Shown piece by piece: positions 18,237-27,856 of a stretch of DNA of 64,000 nucleotides. The position numbers and the translations under genes were made by a program. The notes under the pieces are model-generated. The model did no database searches. It worked only from the letters and a program-made list of their open reading frames with translations, and was not told the DNA's origin. Within the stretch, counting starts at the first letter, position 1. Each line of letters opens with the position of its first letter. Location of the stretch: positions 2,048,001 to 2,112,000 of the forward strand of contig CAXXGO010000006.1 of the NCBI GenBank assembly GCA_963666835.2. The letters run 5' to 3'. Source of the DNA: Phycisphaerae bacterium (GTDB lineage: Bacteria; Planctomycetota; Phycisphaerae; UBA1845).

Positions 18237-19160
18237 ATGGCTCCCGTGACAGACGAGCCGATTGGCCACACACCGGTTTTGCTGGAAGAGGTCGGTCGTC
18301 TGTTGGCGGTTCAACCGGGCGAGACGGTGGTCGATGCCACGGTCGGACTCGGTGGGCATGCCCGGATGTTTGCGGAAGCGATCGGAGCGGGCGGTCTGCT
18401 GATCGCGCTGGACGCCGATCCGGCGAACCTTCAGGCGGCCCGAGATCGGTTGGCGGATTGTGCGTGCCGGATCGAGGCCGTTCATGCCAACTTCGCCGAA
18501 TTGCCGGCGGTGCTGCAGTCGCTCGAAGTTCCGCGCGTGGACGTACTGTTGGCGGACCTGGGAGTCAGCTCGAGCCATTTGGATGTGGCAGAGCGCGGCT
18601 TCTCGTTTCGATTGGACGGCCCGCTCGACATGCGGATGGATCCGCGACTGACCGTGACGGCGAGCGACTTGGTGAATTCGCTGAAAGAGCGGGAGTTGAG
18701 CGATGTGCTCTACTACAACGCTCAAGAGATGGGCAGTCGGCGGATTGCCAAGAAGATTTGTAACGCAAGGCGGGATTCTCGCATAAGGACGACGGCGGAG
18801 CTAGCCGGGATTGTCGCGGCGGCTTTGGGGGTCAATCCCGAGTCCCGCAAGGAAAAAATCCATCCGGCGACCCGGACGTTTCAGGCGCTGCGGATGGCGG
18901 TAAACGACGAGATCCCGAATCTCGAGGCGTTGCTGGAATGTGCTCCGGGAATGTTGAATCCGGGCGGACGGATAGGGGTGATTGCGTTCCACAGTGTGGA
19001 GGATCGGCCGGTCAAACAAGATTTTCGTAGACGCAAGACGGAGGGTGTTTACGAGATTATCACGAAGAAGCCGGTGGTGGCAGGCGCGGACGAACGCCGG
19101 GCCAATCCACGGGCACGCAGTGCGAAACTTCGCGTGGCTATGCGCCGGTGCGAAGAGTGA
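18237..19160 (+). CDS. rsmH: 16S rRNA m4C1402 methyltransferase
   Basis: HTPVLLEE, DATVGLGGHA, DLGVSS, PLDMRMD, HPATRTFQALRMAVN and NPRARSAKLR. Confidence 0.98.
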   Translation: MAPVTDEPIGHTPVLLEEVGRLLAVQPGETVVDATVGLGGHARMFAEAIGAGGLLIALDADPANLQAARDRLADCACRIEAVHANFAELPAVLQSLEVPRVDVLLADLGVSSSHLDVAERGFSFRLDGPLDMRMDPRLTVTASDLVNSLKERELSDVLYYNAQEMGSRRIAKKICNARRDSRIRTTAELAGIVAAALGVNPESRKEKIHPATRTFQALRMAVNDEIPNLEALLECAPGMLNPGGRIGVIAFHSVEDRPVKQDFRRRKTEGVYEIITKKPVVAGADERRANPRARSAKLRVAMRRCEE

Positions 19161-19211
19161 CCTGCGGCATGAGCGACTAAGTTGACCCCATGAAGAGTGG
19201 GAGGTTCCCCG

Positions 19212-20234
19212 ATGGCGCGAGAGACGAAAGTGGGGCTGCTTGCCGGGCTGGCCTTCATCATCTGTTTCGCGGTCATTCTGGCTAACCGCGGGCGGCAGGA
19301 TACTATCGCAGCCTTGACTCCCAGGGGTGAGCACGTACGTTCGCTCCAGTATCCCGGTGTCAACCACGATAGCCGTGGGGACGCCTCGCCCGTTGGTGAG
19401 CCCGTTCCACAGAGCGACCCCGTGGCAACCCTACCGGTCGGCACCTATCGCCCTACACCGGCGCGATTGAGACGTACCGACCCTCAGGAAGAGGGCTGGC
19501 GTGACGCACCGCAGACCGGTAGCTTCGCGCCGACATCTACTCCGACTCCGGATCACACTCGAACGACTCGCGCATCGGTAACCCTCGACTCTCACGCTGA
19601 AGGGGAATCTGAGGCGGTTGCATCAGTCGAACGTAACGAGCTGCTCAAACAACGCCTGCGGGACCGGGTTAGGCAGGAAGGCCGCCTGCAGGGACGTCCG
19701 GCTTCGGAGGAACAGAACGAACCGGCGGCCCCCGAGCCCGTGCCGCCGGTGCGGCCCGCCCGCACCCCACCCGTTCAGGCAAGGTATACCGTAGTACCGG
19801 GGGATACTCTCTCACGGATTGCCATGACGCTTTATGGGAGCCGGTCGGCCCGGTTTGTCAATGCGATCTTTGACGGCAATCGGGCGATTCTGTCGGATCC
19901 GGACAAGCTGCGAGTCGGCATGGAGTTGGTAATCCCGAATGTCACCAGCGATGTGTCCTCGGTGCCGAAGCCGCGCGCCGAAGGAAGCGACCTTCAGGAG
20001 ACTGCTCCGCGTGTTTCTCCCGCTGCTGAGTCGGAATCGAGGACTTGGCGCACGTATCAGATCCGCAAGAACGATCGTTATATGAGTATTGCTCGCGAAC
20101 AGCTTGGCGACGCCGGGCGGTGGCGGGAGATCTATGAGCTGAACAAGGCGATCTTCCCTGACGCGGGGCGGATTCGAGCGGGTGTCAATATCAAGCTCCC
20201 CGTCGGCGGGGCTCGGAAAGGTCCGCGCGGATGA
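19212..20234 (+). CDS. Membrane-anchored protein with two LysM domains
   Basis: MARETKVGLLAGLAFIICFAVILA TM, Pro/Thr-rich linker, YTVVPGDTLSRIA..LVIP and YQIRKND..SIA..IKLP. Confidence 0.9.
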   Translation: MARETKVGLLAGLAFIICFAVILANRGRQDTIAALTPRGEHVRSLQYPGVNHDSRGDASPVGEPVPQSDPVATLPVGTYRPTPARLRRTDPQEEGWRDAPQTGSFAPTSTPTPDHTRTTRASVTLDSHAEGESEAVASVERNELLKQRLRDRVRQEGRLQGRPASEEQNEPAAPEPVPPVRPARTPPVQARYTVVPGDTLSRIAMTLYGSRSARFVNAIFDGNRAILSDPDKLRVGMELVIPNVTSDVSSVPKPRAEGSDLQETAPRVSPAAESESRTWRTYQIRKNDRYMSIAREQLGDAGRWREIYELNKAIFPDAGRIRAGVNIKLPVGGARKGPRG

Positions 20235-20518
20235 CTACGCGGCGTGGGTGCGTGTTGATCGGGGCCTTTACGGCTATTGCGCTTGCGCTCGTTTACCTTC
20301 GCGTTGAGCAGACCCGTTGCGCGGCCCAAACCCTCGCCTTGGAAACGAAGTGGGTGGAGACGCGACGAGAGCTCTGGAGCTTGCAGGCGGCGACCGCACG
20401 TCTGCGGACGCCCGGTCGAGTTCACGATCGCATGGTGTGGCTTGAGACCGATCTGGTTCCCCCGGCCTCCAAGGGTGGAGCGGAGCCGATTGGGAGGTTC
20501 GCCTCGGTTCGTCCATAG
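20231..20518 (+). CDS. ftsL: FtsL-like cell division protein
   Basis: Short N-terminus, TM, coiled coil ending ARLRTPGRV; directly upstream of ftsI. Confidence 0.7.
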   Translation: MTTRRGCVLIGAFTAIALALVYLRVEQTRCAAQTLALETKWVETRRELWSLQAATARLRTPGRVHDRMVWLETDLVPPASKGGAEPIGRFASVRP

Positions 20519-20530
20519 GGGGAGTCGGAC

Positions 20531-22273
20531 ATGCCCGTGGATGCCGCAACGGTCGAGGAGAGACAACGACGGTTCGGCGCGGTGCTGCTGGGCGGTTTGA
20601 TCCTGTTGTTGGTAGGGCTGGGCGGCCGCTTGGTCTATATCGACACCGCACTTCACGACCGCCTCCTCGACATTGCGGAGGTCCAATACCACGGCAAGTC
20701 GGTTATTCCGGCACGACGAGGGACGATCTACGATGCTCGCGGGCGTGTTGTGGCTACCAGTCGCCGAATCCCGGACGTGTTCGTGGATCCGGCCGGCGTT
20801 GATGATCTTCAGGAACTCGCCGGGGCCGTCGCGGCCCGGCTTAATGTTGCCCCGGAGGAGATCCTCGAGAAGATCAATCGACGGCCCGGGTCACGATTTG
20901 TAGTCGTCGCCCGCCAAGTGGACGAAATCACCGCAGAGGCGGTGCGGGAGATGCGTGCCCCCGCTGTCGGCTTGACGGAGGGCGAAATCCGAACGTATCC
21001 GCTTGGTTCATCGATGGCTCACGTGCTCGGTGTCGTGGGCCGGGACGGTCGCGGACTTGAGGGTCTGGAACTTGCCCGCAACCAGCACCTATCCGGCAAG
21101 AGTGGCGTGCGTGCGACCATTCGAGACGCGCGGCGGCGGGCCCTGTGGCGCTGCGATGGGGTGTCCACGCCGCCGGTGGACGGGGGCCATTTGGTCCTGA
21201 CCATCGATGCGGAGACTCAACGGATTGCGGAAGAGACGCTAGCCGAAACGGTGGAGCGGTTCGAGGCTGAGTCGGGTGTGGCCATTGTGCTCTCACCGCG
21301 CGACGGAGACATTCTCGCATTGGCGTGCAATCCCGCTTTCGATCCGAACCACATCGAGCCGAACACGGATGAGCGGCGTCGGAATCGGGCGATTACTGAT
21401 CCCACAGAGCCCGGCAGCACGTTCAAACCCTTCATTGCCAGCGGGGCGCTGGTGGGCGGCTTTGTTTCGCCAACGGAGCAGATCGACTGCAACATGGGGA
21501 CGATGCGGTTCGGACGGCGGTTGGTCCGGGACGTCTCGCCCCATGGGTTGATGGATCTCAAGCAGATCGTCAGCAAGAGCAGCAACATCGGCATGGGGAT
21601 CATTGCCACGAGAATGGGCAACGACCGCCTGTACGAGACCATCACGCGGTTCGGGTTCGGCGAACGGACCGGGGTGGAGATGCCCGGTGAGAGTGCCGGA
21701 GTGGTCCATGCGCGCGATCTGTGGAACAGCTACTCGACTACGTCTGTGTCGTTCGGATACGAGGTCGGCGTGACCCCGCTGCAGCTCATGATGGCCTTCG
21801 GGGCGCTCCTTAATGACGGCGTGTTGCTCAAACCGCGGCTGATCCGACAGGAACTGGACTCCCGCGGGCGGGTGCTGGCCACGCACTCAGGCCCCGAGAT
21901 CGTTCGTCGCGTGGTCCCCTCCGACGTTGCCCGTTTCATGACTGAGGAGGTTCTTACCTCCGTAGTCGAGGACGGCAGCGGCCATCGTGCCAAGCTGGAT
22001 CGGTACAGGGTGCTGGGCAAGACCGGTACGGCCAAGCTGTCCTTCCCCGACCGCGCCGGCTATGAGGATGGGGCTTACCTCGCGACGTTTTTGGGGGCGG
22101 CTCCGGCTGACGATCCGGAGTTGGCCGTTTTGGTGATGATCCGCCGCCCCAACGCGAGCATCGGTTACTACGGCTCCACGGTGGCAGCGCCGGCCGTCGG
22201 GAAGATCCTGTCCGACACCCTGGCGTACCTGGAGGTCCCGCCAGACCGGTCTCTTGGACTGGCCGGGCTGTGA
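20531..22273 (+). CDS. ftsI: Class B penicillin-binding protein FtsI/PBP3
   Basis: RRGTIYDARG, RTYP, GLEGLE, LTID, EPGSTFK (SxxK), SSN and KTGTA. Confidence 0.93.
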   Translation: MPVDAATVEERQRRFGAVLLGGLILLLVGLGGRLVYIDTALHDRLLDIAEVQYHGKSVIPARRGTIYDARGRVVATSRRIPDVFVDPAGVDDLQELAGAVAARLNVAPEEILEKINRRPGSRFVVVARQVDEITAEAVREMRAPAVGLTEGEIRTYPLGSSMAHVLGVVGRDGRGLEGLELARNQHLSGKSGVRATIRDARRRALWRCDGVSTPPVDGGHLVLTIDAETQRIAEETLAETVERFEAESGVAIVLSPRDGDILALACNPAFDPNHIEPNTDERRRNRAITDPTEPGSTFKPFIASGALVGGFVSPTEQIDCNMGTMRFGRRLVRDVSPHGLMDLKQIVSKSSNIGMGIIATRMGNDRLYETITRFGFGERTGVEMPGESAGVVHARDLWNSYSTTSVSFGYEVGVTPLQLMMAFGALLNDGVLLKPRLIRQELDSRGRVLATHSGPEIVRRVVPSDVARFMTEEVLTSVVEDGSGHRAKLDRYRVLGKTGTAKLSFPDRAGYEDGAYLATFLGAAPADDPELAVLVMIRRPNASIGYYGSTVAAPAVGKILSDTLAYLEVPPDRSLGLAGL

Positions 22274-22347
22274 TCTCGCTGTGATTTGCTGTGAGTTACT
22301 CTTGTGATATCACGGTATTCACAATGTGTGACAGCGTGATATCACAG
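22267..22347. promoter_or_regulatory. Array of TGTGA/TCAC repeats including two GTGATATCAC palindromes
   Basis: GCTGTGA at 22267, 22278 and 22288; GTGATATCAC at 22304 and 22336; AT-rich relative to flanks. Confidence 0.55.
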
Positions 22348-22437
22348 TCTTAATCCGAGGGCGTGCTGCGTCGCCGCCGCGGCCGAGATTTCACAGGATG
22401 ACAGTTCGCGTATCATAGATACAATGCTCGCTCAAGG

Positions 22438-23967
22438 ATGAAAACCGCCGATCGACTTGCCGTACCGAATCGGACATTGTCCGAGTTGATGGCTCATGCC
22501 GGCCTGAAGGACGATGGGGTCCGCCCGCCCGGCGATGTCAATATCACGTCACTCACTGCTGACTCACGAAACGTGGAACTGGGCAGTTGTTTCGTGGCTA
22601 TTCAGGGTGTTGGGGGTGACGGGCACGAGTTTGTCGGACAGGCGGTCCGCGATGGGGCGGTTGCGGTGGTTGTCGATCGCGATGTGGACGTCCCCGCTCC
22701 AGCGGTTCGGATCAGCGTCGAGGACAGTCGCGCGGCGCTTGCCGCCTTGGCGGGGGCGTACTACGGGCTACGGGGCGGCGCGGGCTGCCCGCCACTGGTT
22801 GGTGTTACGGGAACAAACGGCAAGACGACCGTCACATGGCTTCTGCGATCCGTTCTGCGGGAGGCCGGGCACAACCCGGCGATGCTGGGGACGATCGAGT
22901 ATGACCTTGTCAGCGCCTCTGAACCGGCGGACCTGACCACTCCCGGGCCGATGGAGCTTTGCCGGCATCTCGCGACCGCACGTGATGCCGGGGCAGACTT
23001 CGCCGTATTGGAAGTCTCATCCCATGCCTTGGATCAATGCCGGACCGACGGTCTGCAGTTTGCTGCGGCGGTGTTCACTAATCTCTCCGGTGACCATTGG
23101 GACTATCATGGCGGGCCTCAGGCCTATTTGGAGGCGAAGCGCCGTCTGTTTGAAGGCCTCGGCGAACATGCCGTTGCGGTGGTCAATGCTGATGATCCGG
23201 TCGGGGCCGCGATGGTCGAACGCACTCGAGCCCGAGTGATTTCCTATGGTATTGATTCTCTGCAAGCTGATTACCAGGGGCGCGTTCTGGCGGAGGACTC
23301 GCACGGGAGCCGGGTGGGAGTGTGTGGTCCGTCGTTTGATCTGGTCATCCACTCGGCGCTGCCCGGCAGATATAGCGTTCTGAACGTCCTGGCCACCGTC
23401 GCGACGGCTGACGCGCTGGGGATATCGCCGATTGCGATTCAATATGGGATCGAGGGTTGTACGATGATCCCCGGTCGGCTGGAACGAGTGGAGCTGCGCG
23501 GATGTCCTTTTTCGGTTTTCGTGGACTATGCCCACACCGACGACGCCCTGCGTAATGTTCTGGGGACTCTCCGTCCGTTGACTAAGGAGCGTCTCCGGTG
23601 TGTGTTCGGGTGCGGGGGTGATCGTGACCGTGTGAAACGCCCCCGAATGGCAGCGGCGGTCGGTTCCCTGGCGGATGTCGCGTATGTCACCAGCGACAAC
23701 CCGCGCAGCGAGGAACCGCAGAAGATCATTGATGAGGTTCTCCCCGGATTCGAGAACACGTCCGCTTGTCGCGTCGTGGTTGAGGTGGATCGACGGCGGG
23801 CGATCGAAACCGCAATCGAAGACGCCCGGCCCGGCGATACTCTGCTGATTGCCGGCAAAGGGCATGAGGACTACCAGTTGGTCGGCGCGGATGTCCTGCA
23901 TTTCGATGACGCCGAGGTCGCCCGGGCGTGTCTCGAAAAGGCCATGACGGCGGGAGGACGACTATGA
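22438..23967 (+). CDS. murE: UDP-MurNAc-tripeptide synthetase
   Basis: GVTGTNGKTT, EVSSHAL, VDYAHT, FGCGGDRD, SDNPR (DAP-type) and AGKGHE. Confidence 0.97.
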   Translation: MKTADRLAVPNRTLSELMAHAGLKDDGVRPPGDVNITSLTADSRNVELGSCFVAIQGVGGDGHEFVGQAVRDGAVAVVVDRDVDVPAPAVRISVEDSRAALAALAGAYYGLRGGAGCPPLVGVTGTNGKTTVTWLLRSVLREAGHNPAMLGTIEYDLVSASEPADLTTPGPMELCRHLATARDAGADFAVLEVSSHALDQCRTDGLQFAAAVFTNLSGDHWDYHGGPQAYLEAKRRLFEGLGEHAVAVVNADDPVGAAMVERTRARVISYGIDSLQADYQGRVLAEDSHGSRVGVCGPSFDLVIHSALPGRYSVLNVLATVATADALGISPIAIQYGIEGCTMIPGRLERVELRGCPFSVFVDYAHTDDALRNVLGTLRPLTKERLRCVFGCGGDRDRVKRPRMAAAVGSLADVAYVTSDNPRSEEPQKIIDEVLPGFENTSACRVVVEVDRRRAIETAIEDARPGDTLLIAGKGHEDYQLVGADVLHFDDAEVARACLEKAMTAGGRL

Positions 23968-25433
23968 TTCCGATGCCGCTCAAGGAGGTGGCCCTGGCGG
24001 TCGGTGTCGTGCCCTCGCCCGGCTGGGAACGGATAGAGGTTCGGCGGGTGACCACCGATTCGAGAGAGGTGGGGGCGGGCGATTTGTTCCTGCCGATTCG
24101 CGGGGCTCGGTTCGATGGGCACGGCTTCGTGGACCAAGCGGTCGCCAAAGGCGCCGTGGCGTGCATCTGCGCGCATGATTGGGTGAAACGAACTAACGAA
24201 GGTTCGTTGGTTCCGCGTTTGCCGGTAGACGACACGGTCGACGCTCTCGGGCGTTTGGCTGCGTACTACCGTCGCAAGGTCATGCCGATTAGCACTGCGG
24301 TCATTGCCGTTACCGGCAGCAACGGCAAGACCACGACCAAGGGGATGATCCACCACGTTCTGGGCACGGCCTTGAAGGGGCGTTGCGCCCCCAAGAGCTT
24401 CAACAACAACATTGGCGTACCGCTCACTCTTCTTTCTGGTGACGCGGACGATCGTTACCTGGTGGTGGAGATTGGGACGAACGCCCCCGGGGAGGTGGGG
24501 GCTTTGGCAGAAGTCGCAGCTCCCGACGTCGCGGTGATAACGTCCATCGGCGAGGCCCACTTGGAAGGACTGGGGGACGTTCGCGCGATTGCGGCGGAGA
24601 AAGCATCGCTGCTGGCGCACGTTCATCCGGAGGGCTTTGCGGTTGTCAACGTAGACCGCCTCGAGATCCTACCGCACTTGTATTCGGATCTTCCCTCTCG
24701 GCTGTGGACGTTCGGGTTCGAGCCGATCGCACGACTGCGGGTTACGGATGTTCGCGGCACGATCCGCGGAACGAGATTCCAGCTTGAGGATCGTTACGAA
24801 GTAGCCTTGCCCTTTCCCGGTCCGCACCACGCCACCAATGCCGTTGCCGCGTTCGCGGTAGCGCGGTGGTTCGGTATTGACCCGCGAGAGATTATCGAAG
24901 ACCTGGCCACCTTTGCGCCCCCGGAGGGGCGGACCCGACTGGTTGAAGTTGCAGGGGTGACGGTGGTCGATGATAGCTACAACGCCAATCCATCCAGCAT
25001 GGCTGCGGCGATAGAAGCCCTGTGCCTGGTCGAGGATTCTCGCCGGGTATTGGTTATGGGCGATATGTTGGAACTCGGCACGCGCAGCGCTGCTTTACAC
25101 CGGCAGATGGTACAGCAGGCGATCGACTCCGGGGTTGATGTGCTGGTGGCCGTGGGTAAGGCGACGGTTTCGGCGGTTTCGGCTTTGGAGTTGTCCCTGA
25201 CCGGCCCGCGCGTGTGTTGTTGCAGCGACGCCGACGCGGCGGGCACGGTGATTTCGGAGTTGTTGGCTCCGGGAGACACGGTGTGGGTGAAGGCCTCACG
25301 GGCGATGGGGCTGGATCGGGTGTTGGGCTACATCGAGGAGGCTCATGCCGCCGCAGTGCCGGACGAGGCTGCTCCCGAGTCCGGTGGACTATGCGTGGTG
25401 GCGGCGCCGGTTGGGCGGCGCGAGGCAGGTTGA
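23964..25433 (+). CDS. murF: UDP-MurNAc-pentapeptide synthetase
   Basis: TDSR, TGSNGKTTTK, NNNIGVP, DSYNANPSSM, GDMLELG and VKASR. Confidence 0.97.
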   Translation: MIPMPLKEVALAVGVVPSPGWERIEVRRVTTDSREVGAGDLFLPIRGARFDGHGFVDQAVAKGAVACICAHDWVKRTNEGSLVPRLPVDDTVDALGRLAAYYRRKVMPISTAVIAVTGSNGKTTTKGMIHHVLGTALKGRCAPKSFNNNIGVPLTLLSGDADDRYLVVEIGTNAPGEVGALAEVAAPDVAVITSIGEAHLEGLGDVRAIAAEKASLLAHVHPEGFAVVNVDRLEILPHLYSDLPSRLWTFGFEPIARLRVTDVRGTIRGTRFQLEDRYEVALPFPGPHHATNAVAAFAVARWFGIDPREIIEDLATFAPPEGRTRLVEVAGVTVVDDSYNANPSSMAAAIEALCLVEDSRRVLVMGDMLELGTRSAALHRQMVQQAIDSGVDVLVAVGKATVSAVSALELSLTGPRVCCCSDADAAGTVISELLAPGDTVWVKASRAMGLDRVLGYIEEAHAAAVPDEAAPESGGLCVVAAPVGRREAG

Positions 25434-25505
25434 CGCGCTGCCCCGGGGCGGCCGGCAGAGGTCGAATACGGTTGGCGGGCGATCTGATACGGGAAGTGGT
25501 ACCGC

Positions 25506-26648
25506 GTGCTCTACTATCTTTTTCGCGAACTACTGCAGGGTCAGCATTACGCTTATGAGAACGCGCTGTTTCGCGGCACGTGTGCGGCGCTGTTCTGCTT
25601 CCTGTTGGTTCTGGTGTTCCTTCCCCGCGTCATTCGGCAGTTGATGAAGTGGAAGCTGGGCGACCGCCCGGAGTTCGACCACGCTTCGTTGAACAAGCTG
25701 ACTCGCGACAAGAGCAACGTCCCGACCATGGGCGGCGTGATGATCCTCGGGGCAATCGCTTTGGCCGTTCTTCTCTTTGCTGATCTTGCGAGTTTTTATG
25801 TCCAGATGGCCCTGGTCTGTCTGGTGTGGCTCGGAGTGCTGGGGGCGGTGGACGACTGGCTCAAGCTAACGGCGAAACGAAGGACGAATTCGCGCGACGG
25901 CCTGAAGATGTACGAGAAGCTCCTATTTCAGATCGGCCTGGGCGTCGTATTGGGGTTCTACATCTACCGGCACGGTCACGGCAATTACGACATGCTCAAC
26001 TCGCTTGCGGATCCGGCCCAGCTTCCGACCTACAAGATCCTCAGTGTTCCGTTTTACAAGGCCGGCCTGCAACTGGGGACATTCACTTTCATGGTGGTTA
26101 CCGTGCTGGTGATGACCGGTACGTCCAACGCGGTGAATCTGACGGATGGTATGGACGGGCTGGCCTCCGGGTGCGTGGCGATGTGCGCGCTGGTCTTTCT
26201 GATTCTGACGTACATTGTGGGTACGGAGGAGTTGGCCCGCAAACTGCTGTTCCCGTACGTCCCCCAGAGCGGCGAGTTAGTGGTGCTCTGCGGGGCGATT
26301 CTGGGCTCGTGCCTGGGCTTTCTCTGGTACAATTGCCACCCGGCGCGCGTGTTCATGGGCGACACCGGCTCGCTGCCGTTGGGCGGGTTGATCGGATTCG
26401 TCGCTGTGGTCACGCGGCAGGAATTGATGTTGCTTATCGCGGGTGGTGTCTTCGTTATCGAAGCGCTCTCGGTGATGGCGCAAGTCGGTTACTTCAAGTG
26501 GACCGGGGGACGGCGTCTGTTCCAGTGCTCCCCGATTCATCACCATTTTCATCTTAGCGGATGGAGCGAGCCGCAGACGGTGATACGTTTCTGGCTGGTC
26601 GCGGCTCTTTTTGCCGGGTTCGCGGTTATGACGATCAAACTCCGGTAG
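25506..26648 (+). CDS. mraY: Phospho-MurNAc-pentapeptide transferase
   Basis: PTMGG, DD, SNAVNLTDGMDGLA, VFMGDTGSL and PIHHHF. Confidence 0.98.
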   Translation: MLYYLFRELLQGQHYAYENALFRGTCAALFCFLLVLVFLPRVIRQLMKWKLGDRPEFDHASLNKLTRDKSNVPTMGGVMILGAIALAVLLFADLASFYVQMALVCLVWLGVLGAVDDWLKLTAKRRTNSRDGLKMYEKLLFQIGLGVVLGFYIYRHGHGNYDMLNSLADPAQLPTYKILSVPFYKAGLQLGTFTFMVVTVLVMTGTSNAVNLTDGMDGLASGCVAMCALVFLILTYIVGTEELARKLLFPYVPQSGELVVLCGAILGSCLGFLWYNCHPARVFMGDTGSLPLGGLIGFVAVVTRQELMLLIAGGVFVIEALSVMAQVGYFKWTGGRRLFQCSPIHHHFHLSGWSEPQTVIRFWLVAALFAGFAVMTIKLR

Positions 26649-26677
26649 ATTGGCGAAGATGTCACGGATGACACGAA

Positions 26678-27856
26678 ATGAGCGAGCTAGAGGCTGATAA
26701 CCCGGTACATCCGGGGGCAATCATCACACTGTCGGCGGCCTTGATGGCCGTTGGTCTGGTGATGGTCACGTCGGCGACGGCCCCGCTTGATCGATCCCTT
26801 GTTGAGGTCAGCTTCTGGCGTACGACGTTTGGGCGGCAGGTGATCTTCGCGCTCGTGGGTCTTCTGCTGATGGTCACCGTATCGCGCGTGGCAGTTCCTT
26901 TCCTGGCCCGCCCGACGACCCAGAAGTGGATTCCCGGCTTGGTCTTTGCCTTGGCGCTGGCGGGATTGGTTGCGGCGTTCATTCCGGGATTGGCGAGTTC
27001 ACGCCATGGGTCGCAGCGATGGTTACAGGTCGCCCCCGCATGGGTTGGGATCGGGTTCCAGCCGTCGGAGTTCGCCAAGCTGGCCTTGGTGGGTTTTCTG
27101 GCGATGTGGTTGGCCCGCCCGAAGATCGAAGTCCGCGATTTCCGCCGGGGGTTCCTGCCGGCGGCGTTGGCTGCGGGGGTCTTCGTTCTGTTGGTTGGAA
27201 AAGCGGATTTCTCAACGGCCGTGCTCCTGGCCGGGGTCGCCTTCATGATGCTCCTGGTGGCCGGATGTCGTGTCCGACACCTGGCGGTACTTGGCGGGCT
27301 TGGTGTAGTGGCGTTCGGCGTGCTTCTCGTTGCGGCTCCATATCGGATGGCGCGACTCACCGCCCATCAGACGTTCTGGGACGATCCTATGGGGGCGGGC
27401 TATCAACCTCTGCAGTCCCTGACGACCATCGCCTCCGGAGGCTGGTTCGGAACGGGACTCGGCGCCGGGGTGCAGAAGTACGGTTACCTGCCGGAAAGCC
27501 ACTCGGATTTCGTATTCGCCATGGTCTGTGAGGAAATGGGCTTGCTGGGGGGAGGGCTCGTCATCGCGCTGTTCTGTGGATTCGTATGGCTCGGGCTAAG
27601 GACGATGTGGTCGGCGCCGACCATGTTCGAGCGATTGCTTGCGTTCGGGCTCACGGCGTGTATCGGCATGCAGGCCGCGATGAACATCGCCGTAGTCACC
27701 GTGGTGACTCCGACGACCGGGATACCTCTTCCACTTATTTCCGCCGGCGGTAGCGGGCTATTGACCTTCTCCCTGGCGATCGGGCTGCTTGCCGCTATCG
27801 CCGCCCGAAGTCGCCCGCCGGCCCGGATCGATGGAGAGGAGGGGCTTGCATGGTAA
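26678..27856 (+). CDS. ftsW: SEDS peptidoglycan polymerase FtsW
   Basis: GSQRW, FQPSEFAK, GYQ, LPESHSDF and PTTGIPLPLISAGGS. Confidence 0.95.
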   Translation: MSELEADNPVHPGAIITLSAALMAVGLVMVTSATAPLDRSLVEVSFWRTTFGRQVIFALVGLLLMVTVSRVAVPFLARPTTQKWIPGLVFALALAGLVAAFIPGLASSRHGSQRWLQVAPAWVGIGFQPSEFAKLALVGFLAMWLARPKIEVRDFRRGFLPAALAAGVFVLLVGKADFSTAVLLAGVAFMMLLVAGCRVRHLAVLGGLGVVAFGVLLVAAPYRMARLTAHQTFWDDPMGAGYQPLQSLTTIASGGWFGTGLGAGVQKYGYLPESHSDFVFAMVCEEMGLLGGGLVIALFCGFVWLGLRTMWSAPTMFERLLAFGLTACIGMQAAMNIAVVTVVTPTTGIPLPLISAGGSGLLTFSLAIGLLAAIAARSRPPARIDGEEGLAW

